Shown: positions 1-8,631 of the stretch, piece after piece
Layout of the letters: every line of letters begins with the position of its first letter
Numbering within the stretch: the stretch's first letter is position 1
IMG/VR virus record: IMGVR_UViG_3300021560_000048
Coordinates: 1-32,123 of that record
Source: a virus
Taxonomy: Duplodnaviria; Caudoviricetes
DNA: 32,123 bases
Reading direction: 5' to 3' (one strand)
The notes under the pieces: model-generated
Told to the model about the DNA's origin: nothing
What the model saw: only the letters and a program-made list of their open reading frames with translations
Databases searched by the model: none
Translations under genes and position numbers: made by a program

Positions 1-1
1 C

Positions 2-472
2 ACCTTTGGACCAGGCTTTCGTATACGAATCCTTAAGACCGCCAAAGAATGTTCCCCAGCTTTGCGGTCGGAACGCCAGGTCGCCGGCATGCGTGACTGG
101 GAACACTACCCCGTGACCGAAGACCAAGGCTTCCCTAGGAAGAGCTAAAACTCTTTCCAATCCTTTCAGTATTCTGGAAGTTCCCTCGGTTTGTGCAGCT
201 ACCAGATCTTTGGCCTGCTGCGTGACTACCCGGCGATTGTATTGCGCTTTCCAGGCACCATCGGCAACACTGCGGAGCGGCGTTTTTCTTCCAGCTAAAA
301 TGTCATTGATCCATTCACTGCGCGCATTGCCAGCGTAAAAATAGTGGTTAATAGCGTCATGAATTTCATTAAGCGGCAACCCTTTATCGACACCGTTGGC
401 TTTAGCCCATTTCCAGATCGCCATGCGATCTTCGGGACTGTCATAGGGATTGTCACCGGAATAACAAGCCAT
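2..472 (-). CDS. Putative large internal virion/ejection protein, 5' part only (runs off window edge)
   Basis: Hand-translated ORF absent from the track: ATG at 472, MACYSGDNPYDSPEDRMAIWKWAKANGVDKG..., open to position 2. It starts 3 nt after the TAA of the 1441 aa gene, in the same frame. Function inferred from position only. Confidence 0.75.
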   Translation of the reverse strand, partial: MACYSGDNPYDSPEDRMAIWKWAKANGVDKGLPLNEIHDAINHYFYAGNARSEWINDILAGRKTPLRSVADGAWKAQYNRRVVTQQAKDLVAAQTEGTSRILKGLERVLALPREALVFGHGVVFPVTHAGDLAFRPQSWGTFFGGLKDSYTKAWSKG

Positions 473-475
473 ACC

Positions 476-3400
476 TTACATTGGACAAGGCATTTCCACG
501 CCCATTTTAGCCAGACCTTTTGCTCGGGTTTCCTCGGCACTGGCGAGTTTTCTTTTGGCCGTTTGTTTCTCGATCTCTGCTCCGAGCTTGTTCATCGCCG
601 CCATGTCCGCTTCGGCGGCATCACGGACCCGTTTTGCCGTTTTGCGCAAAGTGGGCTCCATGTCAGAAGAAGGAGTTTTACCCACTTCCTTAAGAAAAGC
701 TTCCCGCATCCCGTTGTAAGTCGATAGATCAATCGGCATCTCGCCCTGCAACGTCATGCCTTGCGCGTGCCAGTTGTTTTTCAGTTTCGCCACGGGTCCG
801 TTATGGAAATCGGTCAGATCATTAAACGCTTCATCAGCTTGTGCTTTTAATTGCGGATTCGTCGGATCAGCTTCTGAGGCGCGACTGGCCATATTAGAAC
901 GCTGACTAAGGCGAGCCTCCTCGGACCTGACCGCCGCAGCTTGCGCTACCGGATCGCCTTTACCCTGCATCAGGTCGCTGACATGCTGGTTAACTTCTTC
1001 CGGCCCCATCTTTAAGCCTTTCGCCAGCATCGATTCGGTCGATACGCCTTGTCCGGGCGTGACCTGTCCAAGTTCGCCGCTGGCCGTTCGTTCGGTGCTG
1101 AACCTATTGGCAATCTTACTTACCCACGGTTCAGCCTCACCCTGGACAGGCGCCTGTAATTCAGGCATACCGGCAATCCGCGTTTCCTGCAGATTCTTCA
1201 AGGATTCCGCATCCATCGCCAGCGGCACGTGTTCCATGCCTGAATCGCGCATCGCCGCGAACCGGTGCCGGCCGTCGTCAAAGTGGATAGTACCCTCAGG
1301 ACTAACCGTGACCTCGGGCGCATGCATCGGTTTGCCGGATTCCAGAAAATCTTGCGCCCGCTGATACCGATCGCCGATGTAGTTCGGGCCTTCTCCCCCG
1401 GGCTCGAGATAAAAGTTCTTGTTGAGCGGCGAGCTTTGCCAGCGCTGATCGACCTCGGCCGCAGGAACATTCACGAGATTGTCACTGGGAATTTTGGCGC
1501 TGAAGCGTGAATCAACCGGTGGTGTTCCAGGCATAACCACTTCACCCTTAGGGGTTGGCTGTGGTTGCTCGCCCTCGGTTGGCCGCACTTGCACTGGTTG
1601 CTGATCATATATTGTTCTACCCGGAACATTTGGTGCGGTCAGCTCGCCAACGCCGTGAACTCCTCCGGTCACCGCGCCCTGGATCGCTCCGCTTGCCGCG
1701 GCTTGGCCGACGTTCTTACCCGGTTCGTCTCCGGCAATGATGTTGGTTGCCGCCTGGGTGCCGGCTGCGATCGCCGCCTGACTCCCGGTGCCGAAGACTG
1801 CCTGCGCAATGGCTCGCTGCGCCTTGTTCTCGATTCCGCCCACGACCGGCCCGAACCCTTTCATCATGATCCGGTTAGCCGCTTCCATCCCGTAGAATTG
1901 CACCAGAGTCGCGTAGGCTGCTTTATCACTAAGGGTTTTCTCATCCCACTCAGGATGTTCCTGGCGATAGCTTTCCCGGACCTGCTCGCTGACCTGGGCC
2001 AGAGCCGCCGGCATCAGAACCGGGTTGGAAAACGCCGCGATAAAGGCTGGCAACTGCGCTGTTGAATCCACAACCTGCTCCATGAACGTCCCACGTAAAC
2101 GCGGATCGCTCGCAATGTTGCGTTCCATCTCAGCCTTGGCTTGGGCCAGATCCTGTGCCTGCTGCTTCTGGAAACCCGGATCGCCCAACCGATCAAGCGA
2201 CGAGACGATCTGTTGCGGGTCAGTTGACGGTATCCCGGTCTGCGGTTGCGGCAGGTGACTGGCAATAAAAGGCCCCTTCTGTTCCTGGGGCAACGCGTAG
2301 TACTGGGAAAGGAAATCGTGTTTCTGCTGGTCGCTCGCCCCGGGCAAAATAGAATCCAGAAACTGGTTCACGTGCAACTGGTCACTGCCGGCGACACCTT
2401 TCTGCATCACGCTGGTAAACTGCTGGGCGTACCCCAACGCCTTGGTAAACCATTCGCGACCCACGTCCAGAACTCCGACATCGCTCAAAGCCCTGGCCCA
2501 AGCCGCATCGTCAGTTTGAAGCTCCGGATACTTGTCCCGCATCAGAGCGATAATCTGCGGTTTTAACCCAGCCTGGATCGAGTTGCGCATCGCGTCGGGA
2601 ACGCCTTCTATCGGTTTATCCAACCGTTTATAGAGCCCGATCACGTTCCCGTTCTGCGACTCGGGCAAATCCATTACTCTAGCCCGCATTTTGGCTTGCG
2701 CGGCCTGATCAGCTGCAATCACTTCGGCACTGGGCGGTGCAGCCGGGACCAGCTGATAATTCTGCGGTTTTTGCACTTTCACCGCACCCGTTGCGCTCGA
2801 GTCAAATCCCTGGCGAATAGCGGCCTGCTCATCGCCCCAGCTGCCAGGGTTTTTGATGACGTCCGGACCGGCGTTAGGCACCAGCTTGACGCTCAGGGTT
2901 TTGTCGCCGCCAAAATAGGCGCTGACCCCAGGCGTCATATCGAAAAGCGCATTGGGGTTAGAAGGGCCGACGTCGACAATCGGCAGCCGCAGCCTTTTGC
3001 CGGTTTGCGGATCGACCACGTCAACGCGCGCTTTGCGCCAGGCGGCAGGATTATTACCTAGTTGGCTTGTGAGCACGTCCAGCGGCACCGCAACACCCAT
3101 AGCCTGGGTGGTGTCCAGTTTTCCCAGCTTCGGGCTACCTACGCCCGGATCGGCTCCAGAGGCGACATCATCAGGCGTCGCGAACGTGGTTGCTCGGCCA
3201 GAAATGAAACTTTTTGGATCCTCGTTCTGGTAAAAACCGTTCGCCAATTTGGTGCCAGGCTGAGCAACCGGTGCCTGTGGAGCTGCGGGTTGCTGCCCTA
3301 TGTCCTGCGCCACGTAGGCTCGGAACTTGTCCCAGGGAAAATCAAGGGGGTCTTGTTTGCGTTCCGGTGCCACATCGCTGTGACCGTGGAAATCGTCGAT

Positions 3401-4801
3401 TGAGAGATTCGGGTAACGCCTAAGCAACTGAGCTGCCAGATGCGCTTCGCCGCGAACAAGAGAATCTTCCCAAGGCGTTCCGTCGACATGCTCCGTTTCA
3501 ATCCCGATCGTCGTAGCGTTGTTTAAATGAGCCAGTGGCCCGCTCGTCTGCCCGACGTCATAGGCAATATCGTTGTCATTGACGAAATGATGAACCGTGC
3601 CGTCTTTGGCGACATAATAATGGACGCTGACCTTATGGCTGGGGTCACCGCCGGTCAGGGTATTAATATCGCTTTTCAAGCTTCCATCGCTGGAATGCAT
3701 GATCACACCCTGGATCTGACGAGGTTGGGACCCTTGGTAGGATTGATACGACCCGGGCCTTGCCGGTTCAGTCAGATCAGGTTCTTGCGTCTGTGGCGCA
3801 GTTGCGGGTTCCTGGGTCTTGGCAGTCGTTGCCGGTGCCGCAGGCTGTGCAGGCTGGACCGGTTGCGGCAATGGTTGCCCGGTCGCCGGGTCAACCGGCG
3901 TCAAGACATAGTTCTGAGCTGAAGGTTGAGGAGCCGAAGGTTGTGCTTGAGGCTGTCCCTGTCCCCAGGATGCCGGACGCAACACAGGCGGTGGTACAGA
4001 AGGTTGTTTTTCAGCCTCCGTTATAGTACGCGGCACAGGTGGCGGCACAGGTTGGCTCTGCTTCTGCTCCCAAGGCGCCATTCCTGGTCTGTATCCTTCA
4101 AGCCGCGCAATTATCGCCTCAGGCATCTCAGGCATCTCAGGTTGCGTTGACGACGTAACCGGCTGAGCACGTTCAACCTGGGTAAGCGTACCAGGCGCAG
4201 GCTGGGGCGCCTTAACTAGTTCGGCTGAGGGTGCGAGATCAAGCTCGCGACTCGCCGCGGCGACGGGAGGCACCGGAGGAAGCCGAACTAGTTCGCCGCG
4301 CTCAACCTGAGTGAGCGTATCGGGAGCAGGCTCTACCGCCGGCTGAGCACGCTCAACCTGTGTCAATGTGTCAGGTGCCGGTTGGGTCTCTCCAATACCC
4401 GCATACTCAGGTTCTAAAGACTCAGGCGGACGCGCCTGTGCGCTAGCCGGATAATCGCTCGAAGCCGGCAACGAGCTTTCCATCTCCTGAACCGGCGTCA
4501 AAACATAGTTCTGCTCAGGAGCGCTCTGGGTGTTCTGGTCTTTAGTCGGCTCAGACTGTGCCGCAGGGCCTTGCAGCGGAAAGTCTTCGGGACTCTCCTC
4601 CGCTGAAGGCATGCCTTCGTTCATTAAATGCCAACGCCAAAACCCAGGTTCCCCAAACGAGGGGCTATATCTCTCAGGCAATTCCCCTCGCGCATCGCTG
4701 ATCGTTTCATATGGAGCCGTTTCGAAACCGTCCGATCCATCGTCCAAGAGCGAATCGGCGATCTGGCGTTTGCGCACCGCTTCCAACAGATCGGCATCCA
4801 T
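476..4801 (-). CDS. Large polyvalent internal virion (ejection) protein with Amidase_2, RlpA-like double-psi beta-barrel and ParB/Srx-like domains
   Basis: 1441 aa. Amidase_2 motifs IMHSS, SVHYYVAKDG, TIGIETE, GHSDVAPERKQDP (~3320-3720). RlpA-like motifs GRATTF, GVAVP, PIVDVGP, FDMT (~2880-3205). ParB-like IHFDDGRHRFAAMRDSG.EHVP (~1200-1480). Lies after the tail nozzle and pilot-like genes. Confidence 0.8.
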   Translation of the reverse strand: MDADLLEAVRKRQIADSLLDDGSDGFETAPYETISDARGELPERYSPSFGEPGFWRWHLMNEGMPSAEESPEDFPLQGPAAQSEPTKDQNTQSAPEQNYVLTPVQEMESSLPASSDYPASAQARPPESLEPEYAGIGETQPAPDTLTQVERAQPAVEPAPDTLTQVERGELVRLPPVPPVAAASRELDLAPSAELVKAPQPAPGTLTQVERAQPVTSSTQPEMPEMPEAIIARLEGYRPGMAPWEQKQSQPVPPPVPRTITEAEKQPSVPPPVLRPASWGQGQPQAQPSAPQPSAQNYVLTPVDPATGQPLPQPVQPAQPAAPATTAKTQEPATAPQTQEPDLTEPARPGSYQSYQGSQPRQIQGVIMHSSDGSLKSDINTLTGGDPSHKVSVHYYVAKDGTVHHFVNDNDIAYDVGQTSGPLAHLNNATTIGIETEHVDGTPWEDSLVRGEAHLAAQLLRRYPNLSIDDFHGHSDVAPERKQDPLDFPWDKFRAYVAQDIGQQPAAPQAPVAQPGTKLANGFYQNEDPKSFISGRATTFATPDDVASGADPGVGSPKLGKLDTTQAMGVAVPLDVLTSQLGNNPAAWRKARVDVVDPQTGKRLRLPIVDVGPSNPNALFDMTPGVSAYFGGDKTLSVKLVPNAGPDVIKNPGSWGDEQAAIRQGFDSSATGAVKVQKPQNYQLVPAAPPSAEVIAADQAAQAKMRARVMDLPESQNGNVIGLYKRLDKPIEGVPDAMRNSIQAGLKPQIIALMRDKYPELQTDDAAWARALSDVGVLDVGREWFTKALGYAQQFTSVMQKGVAGSDQLHVNQFLDSILPGASDQQKHDFLSQYYALPQEQKGPFIASHLPQPQTGIPSTDPQQIVSSLDRLGDPGFQKQQAQDLAQAKAEMERNIASDPRLRGTFMEQVVDSTAQLPAFIAAFSNPVLMPAALAQVSEQVRESYRQEHPEWDEKTLSDKAAYATLVQFYGMEAANRIMMKGFGPVVGGIENKAQRAIAQAVFGTGSQAAIAAGTQAATNIIAGDEPGKNVGQAAASGAIQGAVTGGVHGVGELTAPNVPGRTIYDQQPVQVRPTEGEQPQPTPKGEVVMPGTPPVDSRFSAKIPSDNLVNVPAAEVDQRWQSSPLNKNFYLEPGGEGPNYIGDRYQRAQDFLESGKPMHAPEVTVSPEGTIHFDDGRHRFAAMRDSGMEHVPLAMDAESLKNLQETRIAGMPELQAPVQGEAEPWVSKIANRFSTERTASGELGQVTPGQGVSTESMLAKGLKMGPEEVNQHVSDLMQGKGDPVAQAAAVRSEEARLSQRSNMASRASEADPTNPQLKAQADEAFNDLTDFHNGPVAKLKNNWHAQGMTLQGEMPIDLSTYNGMREAFLKEVGKTPSSDMEPTLRKTAKRVRDAAEADMAAMNKLGAEIEKQTAKRKLASAEETRAKGLAKMGVEMPCPM
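4160..4382 (-). repeat. Three intragenic repeats PAP[DG]TLTQVER
   Basis: Copies at ~4341-4382, ~4298-4330 and ~4161-4202; visible at protein and DNA level. Confidence 0.9.
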
Positions 4802-4810
4802 AAGACAGTG

Positions 4811-6082
4811 CTAGGCGTTAAGGTCTTGCGCCGGATACAGTGTGCCGGCCCCAGGCTGATTCATCGCTAAAGAAAGCATGGCTTGCCGGCGTCTAGCTTC
4901 TTCCTCGTCCTGATCGGTTTGTGCTACTTGATCGGGTTGCGCTGTCGCCTGATTCGCCGAAGCGCTCGCCTCATCGGGTTGCTCAGGTTGATCCTCCTTC
5001 GCTGCCTCTTCCTCCGCTGCCGCTTCGTCACTTGCCTGTTCTGTTGCTGGCGCTGCCTGTTGCTGTGCTGGCGCCTGATTGGCCTGTGCCGGTGCCTGAC
5101 TGCCCTGCGATGGCCGCTGTTTGATCGTCAATTGCCCGCTCTGCGGATCGATCATGTACGAACCGTATGGCAACGAACGCACCTCCAGATTGCTCTTTGG
5201 CGCGAACGGATTGACCTGGCTCCCGCCCGGTTGACCGGAGTTCGGGTTCTGGCCAGCCGGCAAATCGCCCAGATAACCTTGGCCACTGGCTACTCGAGCC
5301 GCATTATAGCGCTGGGTCCAGTACGGTGCGTCAGTCTTCGGAATCGAAAAAAGAGTTTTGCCGTTTTGATCCTGTAAAACCAAGTTGCCTTTGCCGTCAT
5401 CCTGCACATTGCCCATGTTGCGGGTGAAAGTGTCAAAACTGCCTTTGCCGTGTTGTGCGTCGAAATCCGCCCGGATCTGAGAAAAGTTGTCCGTCGAAGA
5501 ATCGTTTTCCACGTCGCCGCTTCCGGGCACGTAACCTGCAGGTTTACCCGCTTTGCCAGGACGAGCACTAGGTTGTCCCGGTTGAGTCGGTTGCCCGGGT
5601 TGACCCGGTCCTAAAGATTGCCGCCAGCGCGAACCGCTCCCACCAGACACCACGTTGCCGCGAGAAGCAATTGAGCGCTGCCGGGCCAAGGCGATCTCGG
5701 AGGCGAGCTTCGCCCGTTGCAATTGATCAGCCAAATCCTGTTGCTGCACTTGCTGGCGCATCTGCAACTCGCCAAAGCCGCCCGTTTGCGGTGCGCTGCC
5801 GGTTGTCGGCACTCCGGCTGCAGGCGCCGTTCCGCCGACCCATGCCGCCCGTGGCGGGTTCTGCGTATTAAGGATCTGGTTAGCGACCGCATTCATTCGG
5901 TTCATCTGAATCTGGTTGCCGATCGCTTTGACAATGTCGCCGCCGATATTGCCAGTTGAACTGGCATCAATCCCACCCGGACCGACCGCACCGCGACCAC
6001 GCCCGGCTGCAGGCGCTCTGGTGGCGACAGGCCGCGTCGGATACAGACGCGGAATATAAGGGGCTCTAAAACGTAATGGCAT
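4811..6082 (-). CDS. Putative internal virion/ejection protein, Gln/Gly/Pro/Ala-rich
   Basis: 423 aa low-complexity ORF within the ejection-protein block, tightly spaced with its neighbours. Confidence 0.6.
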   Translation of the reverse strand: MPLRFRAPYIPRLYPTRPVATRAPAAGRGRGAVGPGGIDASSTGNIGGDIVKAIGNQIQMNRMNAVANQILNTQNPPRAAWVGGTAPAAGVPTTGSAPQTGGFGELQMRQQVQQQDLADQLQRAKLASEIALARQRSIASRGNVVSGGSGSRWRQSLGPGQPGQPTQPGQPSARPGKAGKPAGYVPGSGDVENDSSTDNFSQIRADFDAQHGKGSFDTFTRNMGNVQDDGKGNLVLQDQNGKTLFSIPKTDAPYWTQRYNAARVASGQGYLGDLPAGQNPNSGQPGGSQVNPFAPKSNLEVRSLPYGSYMIDPQSGQLTIKQRPSQGSQAPAQANQAPAQQQAAPATEQASDEAAAEEEAAKEDQPEQPDEASASANQATAQPDQVAQTDQDEEEARRRQAMLSLAMNQPGAGTLYPAQDLNA

Positions 6083-6086
6083 AGTG

Positions 6087-6449
6087 CTAAACTCCTGCTG
6101 ACCAATTAAAACCCTGCAACGAGTCAGCTATTTGCGAGCTGCGTATAGCGTCAGCGAATTGTTCGTCGCTCATTCCTAGGTCTTCCGGCAACACATCATC
6201 TGGAATGTCATTCGCAAAATCGATGGGCAAATAACTGTTTCCAACAGTCGGCCCTGAACCCGAGCGCGCTGCACTAAGGGTCTGCGCAAGCTGGTCCTGT
6301 CCTCCTTGGCCCTGACCTCCAGCCAGCTTCTTGATCAGACCGCCAACATCTGTGCCGCCACCGCCACCTTGCTGCGCAGCTTGCTTGCGCACAGGCATTG
6401 GCGCGCTCGGTATGGGCGGCATAGCTGGGGGAGCGAAGCGCAACGGCAT
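6087..6449 (-). CDS. Hypothetical protein (120 aa, starts MPLRFAPP), probable virion protein
   Basis: Start moved to ATG 6449, 4 nt after the upstream TAG at 6454; the track start overlaps the upstream small gene. Confidence 0.65.
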   Translation of the reverse strand: MPLRFAPPAMPPIPSAPMPVRKQAAQQGGGGGTDVGGLIKKLAGGQGQGGQDQLAQTLSAARSGSGPTVGNSYLPIDFANDIPDDVLPEDLGMSDEQFADAIRSSQIADSLQGFNWSAGV

Positions 6450-6453
6450 AAGG

Positions 6454-6615
6454 CTAATAGTAGGTTTTGCTTTTCTTGCGTGGAATCGAGGCACCGGATC
6501 GACGTGCAATGTCCAGTGCTATTGCCACCGCTTGCTTCTGAGGCTTACCAGCCTTCATCTCAGTTCGAATGTTCTCACTGATCGCTTTTTTGCTCCCTGA
6601 TTTCATCAATGGCAT
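6454..6615 (-). CDS. Small basic phage protein (53 aa; ISENIRTEM..GKPQKQAVAIAL family, DUF6496-like)
   Basis: Hand-translated MPLMKSGSKKAISENIRTEMKAGKPQKQAVAIALDIARRSGASIPRKKSKTYY. The KQAVAIAL motif is one I recognise from many phage morphogenesis regions. Below the track's length cutoff. Confidence 0.85.
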   Translation of the reverse strand: MPLMKSGSKKAISENIRTEMKAGKPQKQAVAIALDIARRSGASIPRKKSKTYY

Positions 6616-6619
6616 AACG

Positions 6620-6796
6620 CTATGGATGAAGTTTCCTGAGCGTTTGCGCGAGTCGAGCTCTGCGTCCCAACTTGCCGCCTTTGTGCGCTGCCGCTGCCAG
6701 TTTCTTGGCCGGAATGTTTTTCCCTTCCGGTACTCCGAGACTCTTACGAAGCGATCCGGGTTTCTTGATTGCTCCCGCTATCCAGTTCTTTGCCAT
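6620..6796 (-). CDS. Small Lys/Arg-rich phage protein (58 aa; WI..AIKKPG.L...RARLA.TL family)
   Basis: Hand-translated MAKNWIAGAIKKPGSLRKSLGVPEGKNIPAKKLAAAAHKGGKLGRRARLAQTLRKLHP, with GGAGG just upstream. Recognisable widespread phage family of unknown function. Confidence 0.85.
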   Translation of the reverse strand: MAKNWIAGAIKKPGSLRKSLGVPEGKNIPAKKLAAAAHKGGKLGRRARLAQTLRKLHP

Positions 6797-6946
6797 GTTC
6801 CTCCAGATATTTCTCTATGGTTGCATCTTCAGCATCTTTAGGCTCCGAATTGTGATCCAAATTCCGCTCCTCGCTTATTGCTCCACTCATTACTCCGCTA
6901 CTGCCCCAGTTGTGCCCCTGTTAGTGCCCCAGTAGCTGCCCCGAAA

Positions 6947-8074
6947 TCAGCCACTGAAGTATCCCCCCAACCCACCCAGCAAACCTCCACCTATGGCGCC
7001 TGCAGCCGTTCCAATCCCTGGAATAACGCTCCCGGCAAGCGCCCCACTCGCGGCCCCCGACAAAGCTCCTTTGGCGGCTCCTCCCATACTTCCGCCACTG
7101 CCCTTGGACTGGCTGGCGGCCAGCTGCGCGTTGTACCCGGCATACTGCCCGTAATTCATCGACTGTTGCCATTGATTAGCCAGCTGGCTGACATCAAGTC
7201 CGTACTGCGGGAAGCTCGAAGTACCGGCACCCGTATAATAACCGCTCGGTCCCTGTGGCATGTACGCCGCGCCGCCCTGTGCCGCCATCGCCGCCCGCTG
7301 CTCAGCCATATTAAGGTAACTCGCACCTGCCTGGTAAGGTGTCTGGCCAGAGCCCAAGTAACCTAAAGCAGCTTGCTGCTGCGCCAGCCGGTTGCTTAAT
7401 CCTGTCTGGTACAGGCTCTGCGCCACATTGCCAATATCCTGCCCGCTCTGGTAGAAACCTTGCAACGCCGCTTGGCGCTGCTGTTGCAAAGCAAGTCCCG
7501 CCTGTCCCGTGGTCATCGCTTCTTGGACCAGTTGCGGTGTGCCGTACACGTTGCCGCGCGCAGCCTGACCCTGGCGTACGCTCTGCTCGATCTGGCGCAT
7601 GGTAACTGGGTCAAGTTGGGTGCCTAAAGCTTCTTGCGCTGCCAGGTCTTGCCCCAGTTGCTGGCGTCCGGCTAAGCCAGTCGGATCGATCTGACCGTAA
7701 AGATCTAAATAACTTTGGACATTGCCCGCTGAGGGTGGACCGCCAAAGGTTGTGCCCAGATAGCTCGCCGCCACCTGTTGGCGCAGTGCTTCAGTGACTG
7801 GGTCAATCTGCGCCATCTGCGCCAGAGCAACCTGCTCAGGCTGCACTCCGCTGCCGATATCGCCTGTACCGGTCTGCGGCGAGGGTTGACCAACTCCCTG
7901 CCAGCGCGCGGTATTCTGCTGAAAAGACTGCAGTAGTTCGTCAGGAAAAATGTCCTGATCGATAGTGCGCATCTGGCCGTTAACGAAGATCGTTTTACCA
8001 ACGTTCTGGCCATACCACTGCTGCCATTGAGGAACACTGACACTGGTCGGGATCTGGGTGCTGGTAGCGTTCAC
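6947..8074 (-). CDS. Putative DNA pilot/ejection protein with C-terminal glycine zipper
   Basis: 375 aa, Gln/Ala/Gly-rich and helical-looking. C-terminal GALSGAASGALAGSVIPGIGTAAGAIGGGLLGG glycine zipper typical of podovirus ejection proteins. GTG start after AGGGGAG. Confidence 0.7.
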   Translation of the reverse strand: MNATSTQIPTSVSVPQWQQWYGQNVGKTIFVNGQMRTIDQDIFPDELLQSFQQNTARWQGVGQPSPQTGTGDIGSGVQPEQVALAQMAQIDPVTEALRQQVAASYLGTTFGGPPSAGNVQSYLDLYGQIDPTGLAGRQQLGQDLAAQEALGTQLDPVTMRQIEQSVRQGQAARGNVYGTPQLVQEAMTTGQAGLALQQQRQAALQGFYQSGQDIGNVAQSLYQTGLSNRLAQQQAALGYLGSGQTPYQAGASYLNMAEQRAAMAAQGGAAYMPQGPSGYYTGAGTSSFPQYGLDVSQLANQWQQSMNYGQYAGYNAQLAASQSKGSGGSMGGAAKGALSGAASGALAGSVIPGIGTAAGAIGGGLLGGLGGYFSG

Positions 8075-8089
8075 TTTTTTTCTCTCCCC

Positions 8090-8617
8090 TTAATAATAAC
8101 CGGCACCCTGAGTCGGCGTAACTGCCTTGGGATTGGTCTGGTACAAGCTCGGGTTAGTCCCTGTGCTTGAAACCTGAGCCAGCGACAGGTTAGAGGCGAT
8201 ATTGCGCGCCTGCTGCGCCACATCGCCTAGAGCTGGCACATTAGCCGTACCCGGCACAAAGAAAGCGCTCGGCGCCTGATAAGAAAATGCACTTGGGGAT
8301 TGGCCGTACAATTGCCCCAGCCGATCAGTCGCCGCTTTCATCCGCATCTGGCGTTGCGCATAGGCCAACGGGTCGACCTGGGACTGAATTGCCATCTGTC
8401 CCTGAGCACTCTGCAGCGCTGCCTGATTGGCCAGAGCAGTCTGCATCTGGGTTTCAGCCGGCCCCAGTTGGCTCATGGTCTGCAGATTCGCGTATTGCTC
8501 AACTGGTTGATCGGCGATACTCATCATTTCGCCCGCACCAGCCGTACCAACCGCGGCTTGGGCGGCTTGTCCCGGGGTAATAGGCTTCGGCGGTTGAGGA
8601 GCGCTTTGACCGCCCAT
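8090..8617 (-). CDS. Putative small ejection/internal virion protein
   Basis: 175 aa; N-terminus MGGQSAPQPPKP resembles first ejection-protein genes; GGAGG RBS; position. Confidence 0.6.
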   Translation of the reverse strand: MGGQSAPQPPKPITPGQAAQAAVGTAGAGEMMSIADQPVEQYANLQTMSQLGPAETQMQTALANQAALQSAQGQMAIQSQVDPLAYAQRQMRMKAATDRLGQLYGQSPSAFSYQAPSAFFVPGTANVPALGDVAQQARNIASNLSLAQVSSTGTNPSLYQTNPKAVTPTQGAGYY

Positions 8618-8631
8618 ATTAAAATCCTCCG

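Noticed and set aside
295-540. 81 aa minus-strand track ORF
   Set aside because: Overlaps the giant gene end and the longer open frame starting at 472, which is the better gene.
2364-2379. Weaker parS-like matches (TGGTTCACGTGCAACT here; also ~23235-23250 and ~28312-28327)
   Set aside because: Only 12-13 of 16 positions match; two lie within coding sequence and one is explained by the TGAAA array.
6744-6890. 48 aa acidic ORF MSGAISEERNLDH...
   Set aside because: Overlaps the well-supported 58 aa gene by ~50 nt and has no motif; possible but unsupported.
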